Part shown: one piece after another, positions 9,385 to 16,899 of the stretch
How positions within the stretch are numbered: position 1 is the first letter of the stretch
Layout of the letters: the number at the start of each line of letters is the position of its first letter
Virus record (IMG/VR): IMGVR_UViG_3300045971_000144
Span: 1-52,713 of that record
Source of the DNA: a virus
Taxonomy: Duplodnaviria > Caudoviricetes
Strand: one strand, 5' to 3'
DNA length: 52,713 bases
Notes under the pieces: model-generated
Told to the model about the DNA's origin: nothing
Seen by the model: only the letters and a program-made list of their open reading frames with translations
The model's database searches: none
Translations under genes and position numbers: made by a program

Positions 9385-9720
9385 ATGGCAATGATACACA
9401 ATCACGACGAGAATTGGCTACAAAAAAACTGGCGATCAATGATGGGGTGGCAGTATTTACTGGTATGCTTGTTTGATTTTATGCTTGCACCTATTTTTAT
9501 GGGCGTGTATGCATATATTACCAAAACTCCTTATGTCCAATGGGTTCCACTAACTATCCAAGGCGGCGGATTGTACCATTTATCGATGGGTGCAGTAACC
9601 GGCATTACAAGTTTTGCAAAATCACAGGAAAAGACTGCTCTTATTAAGAGCCCGTATGCTCCGGCACCAGGGCAAATAGTTACAGCAGCACCAGCACCAC
9701 AAGCTGATCCAGAAAAATAG
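9385..9720 (+). CDS. putative holin (3TM-holin-like)
   Basis: WRSMMGW, hydrophobic helices, GGLYHLSMGA..G; directly follows the endolysin; late promoter at 9357-9363. Confidence 0.65.
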   Translation: MAMIHNHDENWLQKNWRSMMGWQYLLVCLFDFMLAPIFMGVYAYITKTPYVQWVPLTIQGGGLYHLSMGAVTGITSFAKSQEKTALIKSPYAPAPGQIVTAAPAPQADPEK

Positions 9721-9764
9721 CCATTCTGTTTGCTTAACTTGTTATTTTAATGTAAAATAGCAAG

Positions 9765-10652
9765 ATGAATCATTATGAAACTTTGGGCGTAGCTAAGACT
9801 GCAACCCAAGATGAAATCAAACAAGCATTTCGAAAACTTTCGAGTCTTCACCATCCAGACAAAGGTGGTGATGCTGAAAAGTTCAAAGCGGTATCTACCG
9901 CTAACGATGTCTTACGAGACCCGCAAAGACGTGCACAGTATGATGAAGAAATAGCAGGTGGCGGAAATAGACAATTTCGGTTCTCTGCTCACCGAAATCC
10001 ACCTGGCATGGACCCAGACATGGGCAATATAGAAGATATTTTGTCGCACTTGCGTAGGCAGTTTGGCAACAACCATTCAGGGTTTGATCCATTTGCACAG
10101 TTTACACAAGCACAGCAACGTAGATCTCCAAGCAACCCAGATGTTCGAATTTCCATACAGTTAGATGTAGTATCAACTTTTGAAGAACAAGAAAAAGAGT
10201 TGAATATCAACATTCCGAATTTCAAAACGGAAACAATCAAAATTAAAATTCCACGTGGTGTTCGGACTGGCAATACTATACGGTATCCAGGGTTAGGATC
10301 AAACCAGATACCCAATGCTCCAAAATCAGACTTGTATGTTCAGTTCCAAGTAAGGACTCCGCCTGACTTTGAACAACGAGACATTGACTTGTTTACCACA
10401 CTTAATATAAACTGCTTAGAAGCAATAGCCGGTTGTGAAAAGGAAGTAGCTGGTGTTGACGGCAAGGTGTTTTCCATTAAGATACCACCGGGCGTTCAAT
10501 ACGGCGCAAAATTCGGAATCCCCGAGCAAGGTGCCTATACCACAGATCACCCAGGTAGAGGAAAGTTAATAGTCGTATTGCAAATTTATATTCCAAAAGA
10601 ATTAACTGCCGAGCAATTAACTATTATTAGTGACATAGCCAAGACGATATAA
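9765..10652 (+). CDS. dnaJ: DnaJ/CbpA-like co-chaperone (no zinc finger)
   Basis: J-domain (HYETLGV, HHPDKGG), G/F-rich linker, DnaJ C-terminal domain (KIPRGV, DLYV, KIPPG). Confidence 0.92.
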   Translation: MNHYETLGVAKTATQDEIKQAFRKLSSLHHPDKGGDAEKFKAVSTANDVLRDPQRRAQYDEEIAGGGNRQFRFSAHRNPPGMDPDMGNIEDILSHLRRQFGNNHSGFDPFAQFTQAQQRRSPSNPDVRISIQLDVVSTFEEQEKELNINIPNFKTETIKIKIPRGVRTGNTIRYPGLGSNQIPNAPKSDLYVQFQVRTPPDFEQRDIDLFTTLNINCLEAIAGCEKEVAGVDGKVFSIKIPPGVQYGAKFGIPEQGAYTTDHPGRGKLIVVLQIYIPKELTAEQLTIISDIAKTI

Positions 10653-10675
10653 ATATTTTAAACACACGGAGTTAC

Positions 10676-13600
10676 ATGATTAATTCAAGCCCAGAAGTAG
10701 AACTTATTGTCAGCAACGCAAGCAACTATGCTAAAGAGCAAAAGCACGAATATGTGACTTTAGAGCATTTAGCATTAGCGTTAGTGCAGCATCAAGAGTT
10801 CAACGATCTTTTAGTTAAACTCCACATTGATGTCAACGGCATCGAGAATGATTTAAAAGAGCATATCAATGCACAGGCTTACTTAGTAAGCGTTGACCCA
10901 GCGTATGAGTCCCCTAAGCGAACTCATGCTTTAGAGCGTGTGTTTAACCGTGCGTTTACACAGGTGCTATTCAGTGGCCGCACTAACATGCTGGTGGCTG
11001 ACATTTACATTAGTTTGACTAGTGAGAATCACAGTCAAGCGCAGTTTATATTTTCACGCTATGGTATCAACCCACAAGACTTGGTTAAGTTTTACAAGAA
11101 GAACTATAACGAGGCTAAAGGTAGTAAACTCGCAACTTCGCATAAAGCAGATTCTATACTGGACGAGTTTTGTACTAACCTAAACGAAAAAGCAATCGCA
11201 GGTAAGATTGATCCGGTGATTGGGCGTGACGATGAACTGGCAGAGATTACTGAAGTATTAGCAAAGCGTAACAAAAGCAACGTGCTCATGGTTGGTGACC
11301 CAGGCGTTGGTAAAGCCCAGCCATTATATTCTAAGGTCAAAACCCCGTCAGGGTGGACTACTATTGACGAAATTAAGGTTGGCACAACAATTACTGCTCA
11401 TGATGGCAAAGATACCACGGTGATAGGCGTGTTTCCCCAAGGAAAAAAAGAGATATACGAAATTGTGTTTGCTGACGGTCGTACTGCTAGATCGTCCATA
11501 GACCATCTATGGACGATCTATGGGAAATTTGGTGAAGCATATACTACACCCGGAGGATGGAAGAGTAAACGTGTAGGCCCCACGACAATGGAATTGTCTG
11601 CAATTATTGAGAAAAGCAAAACTAATAAATCTTATATTAAAGGATTGCATATCCCGTTAATTTCACACCAGTACGATAAACAAAATATCGAGGTTCCAAT
11701 TGCTCCATACCTATTAGGAGCGTTAATTGGTGATGGGTGTTACGCTCCAACCAAAATGGGGTTTACTAGTGCCGATCAATTTATGGTTGATAAAGTTGCT
11801 ACTCTTCTGCCAGACAATTGTTTTATAAGCCAATCCGGAAAGGTAATTGATTTTAAAATTAATGGGAGAAATTTATCTGAAAAGTTCATTCCTGGTGGCA
11901 GTAGGTATAGAGGGCAGACACCAAATCCCTTAAAGGAAAAATTAATCGACCTTGGAATTTATGGACAGAGAAGTCATGAGAAATATATACCAGAACAATA
12001 TTTTAATTGCTCGAATCAGCAAAAGATTGAACTGATACAAGGATTGATGGACACAGATGGCTATGTAGGCAAAAATGGGACATTACAATATACTTCAACC
12101 TCATTCACTCTTGCTAATCAAGTAGTCGAATTAGTTCGCAGCATCGGAGGTATCGCAACCATACGTGCAAAAATTAATAACACATACTTATATAAGGGTG
12201 AACGGGTTTCATGTAAAGATGCATATACTGTTAACATTAGATACTACCAGCCTAATTCTTTAGTTACATTGCCAAGGAAACTTGAAAGAATTAGCAAAAA
12301 TTATCAATACAGCAATCTAAGACTTGGCATTTCTGACATTAAATATGTGGGTGAAGAAGAATGTAAATGCATAATGATCGACCATCCAGATCATTTATAC
12401 ATCACTGACAATTATGTCGTGACCCATAACACTGCGGTGGCAGAAGGGCTTGCGCTACACATTACACAAGGTGTAGTGCCAGAGTATCTTAAAGAGTTTA
12501 CTGTTTACAATCTTGACATTGGCTCGCTGCTCGCAGGTAGCAAATACAGGGGAGAGTTTGAAGAGAAGTTGAAAGATGTTTTACGTGCGTTAGAGACTAA
12601 GGGCAATACTATATTGTTTATTGACGAAGCGCATCAAATGCGTGGTGCTGGCGCAGGTGGTGGCGGCAGTAGCGTAGACTTTGCTAACATGATTAAACCA
12701 GCGTTAAGTAAAGGTAACATCAAAGTTATTGCGTCAACAACATGGGAAGAATACACGTCATCGTTTGAAAAGGATCGTGCGTTGATGCGGCGTTTTTACC
12801 GCATGAACATTACTGAGCCAACATCTGAAGTGGCAGTAAACATTCTCAACGGATTAAAATCGCATTTTGAGAAATTCCACAAAGGTAAGATTACAGACGA
12901 AGCGATTGACGCAGCAGTTAGTTTGAGCGTTAGATATCAGACTGACAAACGATTGCCAGACAAGGCTATTGACTTGATTGATACTGCGTGTGCTAAGAAG
13001 CGCATACTTGGTAAGCAGTTTACTATTGGCCGCGGTGAGATCGTGGAAGTGTTAAGCAAGATTACTAAAATTCCAACGGACCAAATTGGTGTTGACCAAT
13101 CAACTTCTTCAGCATCGTTAGTTAACTTAGAAGCTGATCTCAAGACTAAGTTATACGGGCAGGATCAAGCAATCGACGAAGTATTAGACAAGATTTATGT
13201 TGCTAAGTCAGGCTTGAAAGCATTGGATAAGCCAATGGGCAGTTTCTTGTTTATTGGCCCAAGTGGAGTAGGTAAGACAGAGCTTGCTAAACTGTTGGCT
13301 GCAAACTTGCAAATGAAACTAATCCGCTTTGACATGTCAGAGTATCAGGAAAAACATACAGTAGCAAAACTTATTGGTGCGCCTCCTGGCTACGTTGGCT
13401 ACGAGGATGGCAACTTGGGTGGCGGCTTACTTGTTAGCGAGATTGAGAAGAATCCTAACTCTATTGTGCTGTTTGATGAAATAGAAAAAGCACACCCAGA
13501 TGTGTCTAACGTTTTGCTGGCACTTATGGATGAAGGTGCAGTTACATCAAGTAATGGTAAGAAAGCAGATGCTCGTAATACTATTGTTATTATGACGTCT

Positions 13601-14092
13601 AACTTGGGTGCTGCTGAAAGCGAGAGGAATAGCATCGGGTTTGGTAATATTAAAGATCGTTCCGGTGAAGATGACAAAGCAATTAAAGAGTTCTTTAAAC
13701 CAGAGTTCCGCAATAGACTCGATGGCATTTGTAAGTTTAAGAAACTTGATGAACTTAGTATTAAGCGTGTTGTGCACAAGTTTATGGCTGAAGTTGAAGA
13801 GTTGTTGTCAGAGAAGAAGATTAAAATCAAGCTCACTGAAGCGGCTGTTGACTTCTTGGCTAAAGAAGGCTTTGACCCGGCGATGGGTGCACGGCCAATG
13901 GCACGTAAAATACACACGTTGATTAAAGTGCCGTTGAGTAAGAAGATTTTGTTTGAGGGTGTGTCGGCAAAAGCGTTAGTAATGGTTGATGTGGTTGATG
14001 ACAAAATAGTGCTTAAAGTTATAAACGCCACAGTGTCTCCAGAACAAGCAGTAATTGACGAAAATGGTTTCATCCAAATACCAATGGCGTAA
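10676..14092 (+). CDS. clpA: ClpA-like AAA+ chaperone/protease subunit containing an intein
   Basis: Clp N-domain (HEYVTLEHL), DPVIGR, GDPGVGK/T, LFIDEAH, GPSGVGKT, RFDMSEY, LFDEIEKAH, IGF loop and GARP; no ClpB middle domain. Confidence 0.93.
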   Translation: MINSSPEVELIVSNASNYAKEQKHEYVTLEHLALALVQHQEFNDLLVKLHIDVNGIENDLKEHINAQAYLVSVDPAYESPKRTHALERVFNRAFTQVLFSGRTNMLVADIYISLTSENHSQAQFIFSRYGINPQDLVKFYKKNYNEAKGSKLATSHKADSILDEFCTNLNEKAIAGKIDPVIGRDDELAEITEVLAKRNKSNVLMVGDPGVGKAQPLYSKVKTPSGWTTIDEIKVGTTITAHDGKDTTVIGVFPQGKKEIYEIVFADGRTARSSIDHLWTIYGKFGEAYTTPGGWKSKRVGPTTMELSAIIEKSKTNKSYIKGLHIPLISHQYDKQNIEVPIAPYLLGALIGDGCYAPTKMGFTSADQFMVDKVATLLPDNCFISQSGKVIDFKINGRNLSEKFIPGGSRYRGQTPNPLKEKLIDLGIYGQRSHEKYIPEQYFNCSNQQKIELIQGLMDTDGYVGKNGTLQYTSTSFTLANQVVELVRSIGGIATIRAKINNTYLYKGERVSCKDAYTVNIRYYQPNSLVTLPRKLERISKNYQYSNLRLGISDIKYVGEEECKCIMIDHPDHLYITDNYVVTHNTAVAEGLALHITQGVVPEYLKEFTVYNLDIGSLLAGSKYRGEFEEKLKDVLRALETKGNTILFIDEAHQMRGAGAGGGGSSVDFANMIKPALSKGNIKVIASTTWEEYTSSFEKDRALMRRFYRMNITEPTSEVAVNILNGLKSHFEKFHKGKITDEAIDAAVSLSVRYQTDKRLPDKAIDLIDTACAKKRILGKQFTIGRGEIVEVLSKITKIPTDQIGVDQSTSSASLVNLEADLKTKLYGQDQAIDEVLDKIYVAKSGLKALDKPMGSFLFIGPSGVGKTELAKLLAANLQMKLIRFDMSEYQEKHTVAKLIGAPPGYVGYEDGNLGGGLLVSEIEKNPNSIVLFDEIEKAHPDVSNVLLALMDEGAVTSSNGKKADARNTIVIMTSNLGAAESERNSIGFGNIKDRSGEDDKAIKEFFKPEFRNRLDGICKFKKLDELSIKRVVHKFMAEVEELLSEKKIKIKLTEAAVDFLAKEGFDPAMGARPMARKIHTLIKVPLSKKILFEGVSAKALVMVDVVDDKIVLKVINATVSPEQAVIDENGFIQIPMA
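11315..12430 (+). mobile_element. class 3-type intein with LAGLIDADG endonuclease in the ClpA Walker A motif
   Basis: Inserted at GK|T; starts AQPL and ends VVTHN; block B HLW, block F CKCI; YLLGALIGDG and LIQGLMDTDG motifs; 372 aa. Confidence 0.92.
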
Positions 14093-14789
14093 GTTTTTAC
14101 CTGCTAAGGATATAGAATACGCAAATAAACTATATCACGAAAAATACCTGTATTCTGCCACCATTTCATTTAGACTTGCGTTTTATGTAAGGTGGGCAGA
14201 AAAGAAAACGTTTGAAGAGTTATGTAAGGCGTTAGATGATCGTTTTACTGCACGTAGCCGATGGCAGGGGTTTGACACCACCACTACTACTATGCTTCCC
14301 ACTCTCGTCGAGAAAACACAGATATACGTATTGTCTCAGTTCATTAAGAAAAACAAAAAAGTATTCAGAACTCGAATTGAAAATAATGCTGTGATGTTTT
14401 ATACAGTAACTGATGCTACTATGCATCAAATATTTCATTTTATAAAGCAAAATACAGATTACAAAATCAAGAAATTGTATCTTCCACAGGATGTTAATAT
14501 CCCACGGGCAACAATAATCGTTAAACGGAAACCAGAGTTTCAATACAAAGTATACATCAAATATTCTAAGTATCCTGAGGAAACAAAGAAGCAATTTTTA
14601 GCTTATATTCAAGCTAACTCCTCATCAATTAACGCTCCAGATGGCCTTATTTCCAGATTGTCAAACTTGAAATCAAGACACATTGCTGGATTTTACTATA
14701 TAAATGACCAATCACTATTGCTGTTTATTCAGTTGATTTCCCCAGATTTGGTTAAGAAAATATATACACTACAGCAGCAGACACCATAA
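14064..14789 (+). CDS. hypothetical protein
   Basis: Long basic ORF overlapping the clpA end; start uncertain (TTG 14055 or ATG 14064). Confidence 0.65.
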   Translation: MVSSKYQWRKFLPAKDIEYANKLYHEKYLYSATISFRLAFYVRWAEKKTFEELCKALDDRFTARSRWQGFDTTTTTMLPTLVEKTQIYVLSQFIKKNKKVFRTRIENNAVMFYTVTDATMHQIFHFIKQNTDYKIKKLYLPQDVNIPRATIIVKRKPEFQYKVYIKYSKYPEETKKQFLAYIQANSSSINAPDGLISRLSNLKSRHIAGFYYINDQSLLLFIQLISPDLVKKIYTLQQQTP

Positions 14790-14810
14790 ATAATACAAAG
14801 GACCTAAATC

Positions 14811-14978
14811 ATGGCAAAAATCGTAGAAGAAGTTATCGTTATCAAATTGAGCCGTATTCTCAAAGACAACGAAAAAGACCCATCAACAATGGGCAACCAA
14901 GAAATGCTTGCTACACTTGAATCAGTAGTTCAAGAGTTAGTGGGCGATGGTGTGGTAGTTGAGGCAACTGCGGCGTAA
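14811..14978 (+). CDS. small hypothetical protein (55 aa, not in ORF track)
   Basis: MAKIVEEVIVIKLSRILKD...VEATAA*; TAAATA at 14787-14792 and AAGGA SD; TAATG overlap with the next gene. Confidence 0.7.
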   Translation: MAKIVEEVIVIKLSRILKDNEKDPSTMGNQEMLATLESVVQELVGDGVVVEATAA

Positions 14979-15337
14979 TGGCAAACTTATCAGTCACATT
15001 ATTTCCATCATTACTTATTGATGGCAACACTGTGTTTCCTATCAAAAGTGTTAAAGCTAAAGGTAGGGGATATCTTGACACGGGTGGGTTACACACTATA
15101 CAATACACTACAGTGAATAACTTTGTAGGTGTTATCAAAATACGAGCAACATTAGCAACTGAACCTGCTGAGACTGATTGGTTTGATGTTCACGGTGTTT
15201 ACTTAGGCGACAACATTACTCCAGTGCCAGATGGCGCAGTGACACAGAATTTCACAGGTAACTTTGTGTGGGTTAGGGCAGTAGTCATTAGCCATACAAC
15301 GGGCAACATTAATCGCGTTTTATTTAATCACTCTTAA
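14978..15337 (+). CDS. hypothetical beta-rich protein (possibly virion-associated)
   Basis: 119 aa ORF in a late operon; FTGNFVWVRA. Confidence 0.65.
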   Translation: MANLSVTLFPSLLIDGNTVFPIKSVKAKGRGYLDTGGLHTIQYTTVNNFVGVIKIRATLATEPAETDWFDVHGVYLGDNITPVPDGAVTQNFTGNFVWVRAVVISHTTGNINRVLFNHS

Positions 15338-15343
15338 AAATTC

Positions 15344-16195
15344 ATGAAGAAAAAACAAAACTTTGCTAAAAAAGCAACTGCTCCAGCGAGCGTGTCAGAC
15401 GCACCAAACGTAACATTGGCGGGCAATACGCACACCAGTATTATTTCCCAAATCAAAGACATTCAAGCACAGCAAGCAATTAGTAATCCGTCACCTCAGG
15501 GTGTAGCATTTGATTTCTCCAAGTGCCACTTACACATTGGCTTACCTTGCTATGGTGGTTTAGTGTTAGAGTCAACAATGACGAGTTTCATTAAGTTTAT
15601 CCTTATGTGTTCTAAAGTTGGCTTGTCGTGGTCAATGGACACAATGGTAAACGAGTCCCTTATTACTCGTGGACGCAATAACTTGATGGCTAAGTTGATG
15701 ACAAACAAGACAGCAACCCACTTTATGTTTGTTGATGCTGATATCAAATTTGAGCCAGAGTCGATTTTCCAGATGATGGCCGCTGACGTTGACATTGTGT
15801 CCGGGGCATACCCAAAGAAGGCCTACCCCATCGCACTAAACATCAATTTGAAGCAGCAAACAAAAATTAAAGGCCCATTATTTACTGTAGATACTGCGGC
15901 GACAGGATTCCTAATGTTTAAACGTAAGGTATATGAGGACTTGATTGCTGCCCACCCCCAAACAAAATATGTTGATGACGTGGGATTAGGAAAGCAATAT
16001 GAGCCGTTTATGTATGCCATCTTTGATTGCATCATTGATGAAAAGGGCCATTACTTGAGTGAAGATTGGACCTTCTGCCGTAGGGCATCAGCTCTTGGGT
16101 ATGATATATGGTGTGATGGCCGTGTTTTGCTTGACCATACTGGCACCCATACCTTTAAGGGCGATTTGTCGCTGATCACTGGACCTAAACCGTAA
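15344..16195 (+). CDS. GT-A fold glycosyltransferase
   Basis: SLITRGRN, FMFVDADI (DxD), ATGFLM, YLSEDWTFC and LDHTG motifs. Confidence 0.8.
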   Translation: MKKKQNFAKKATAPASVSDAPNVTLAGNTHTSIISQIKDIQAQQAISNPSPQGVAFDFSKCHLHIGLPCYGGLVLESTMTSFIKFILMCSKVGLSWSMDTMVNESLITRGRNNLMAKLMTNKTATHFMFVDADIKFEPESIFQMMAADVDIVSGAYPKKAYPIALNINLKQQTKIKGPLFTVDTAATGFLMFKRKVYEDLIAAHPQTKYVDDVGLGKQYEPFMYAIFDCIIDEKGHYLSEDWTFCRRASALGYDIWCDGRVLLDHTGTHTFKGDLSLITGPKP

Positions 16196-16802
16196 CAAGT
16201 TTATTGCGACAATTATCACCATGCCATCTTACCAATGCACCGCGTTGGTAAGATTTTTCACAATGAATACATTTAAATTTCGGTTGATTTTTATTTGATT
16301 CGGAATTTTTACGTTTTGATTCAGGGGAATGGGTTTTGTTATACATAGGATGATTAGTTCCCACCCTGTTTTCTCTGCTTACTAACCACCCTTTAGTGAT
16401 TCCATCACTATATCGTTTGCTCATTGCAGCAGTCAACTCACGTGGAGATGGTTTTCCTGCCAATGACTTCGAAATTTTTTGCTTAATTTCCTCAGATAAG
16501 TGTCTACCTGGTGCCCCGCCATCCATACCATTTTCAGGTATGCAATTTGCCCATTCGCTAGATTCAACAATGCGATTTTCAGTAGAAAACGACATTGCAA
16601 ACTTTGATAATTCCTCTTGATCCGTAAATAATTTATACCATATAGTGTCAACATGTTTGCCATGCTTAAATAAATGGCGCTTCCAATATTTCCCTGATCC
16701 ATAATACGTTAACGGATTTTTACGTGTAGTCTTACCAAAATATTTTAAACCAGTGATTTTATGTTGTTTAACGTATAGCCACGTCGGACGATAAATACCC
16801 AT
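16185..16802 (-). CDS. free-standing GIY-YIG-like (Seg-like) homing endonuclease with NUMOD3-like motifs
   Basis: LYVKQH..TGLKYFGKT, YYGSG, WAN..PENG..GG, HLSEEIKQKIS, HSPESKRKNS and a C-terminal CIHC..H..NC. Confidence 0.8.
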   Translation of the reverse strand: MGIYRPTWLYVKQHKITGLKYFGKTTRKNPLTYYGSGKYWKRHLFKHGKHVDTIWYKLFTDQEELSKFAMSFSTENRIVESSEWANCIPENGMDGGAPGRHLSEEIKQKISKSLAGKPSPRELTAAMSKRYSDGITKGWLVSRENRVGTNHPMYNKTHSPESKRKNSESNKNQPKFKCIHCEKSYQRGALVRWHGDNCRNKLVTV

Positions 16803-16872
16803 GCTGATTGCTCCTTTTAAGCGTTAGAGTAGTTGGAACCGCCAAGTTCGCGAACTACATTTATATTTATGC
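16800..16872. repeat. endonuclease-associated conserved structured element, copy 1
   Basis: 72/73 nt identical to 46724-46796; related to 48447-48516. Confidence 0.9.
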
Positions 16873-16879
16873 ATAAATA
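16864..16879. promoter_or_regulatory. palindromic back-to-back late promoters TATTTATGCATAAATA
   Basis: Perfect 16-bp palindrome giving ATAAATA on both strands between divergent genes. Confidence 0.65.
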
Positions 16880-16899
16880 CTATACTATTTGGAATATAC

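Noticed and set aside
13399-14073. Long antisense ORFs (also 21758-22198, 24593-25111, 35205-35636, 42780-43121 and similar)
   Set aside because: They are shadows of well-supported opposite-strand genes, with no SD or recognisable motifs.
4876-14092. Bacterial chromosome origin suggested by tctA/tctC, dnaJ and clpA
   Set aside because: These genes are interleaved with endolysin, holin and T4-type late promoters, and no cellular housekeeping context is present.
10676-14092. ClpB assignment
   Set aside because: There is no long coiled-coil middle domain and an IGF loop is present, which fits ClpA.
16800-16872. Hammerhead or twister ribozyme identity for the conserved element
   Set aside because: CUGAU is present but the CUGANGA..GAAA core is not, and twister-like loop residues are not shared by all three copies.
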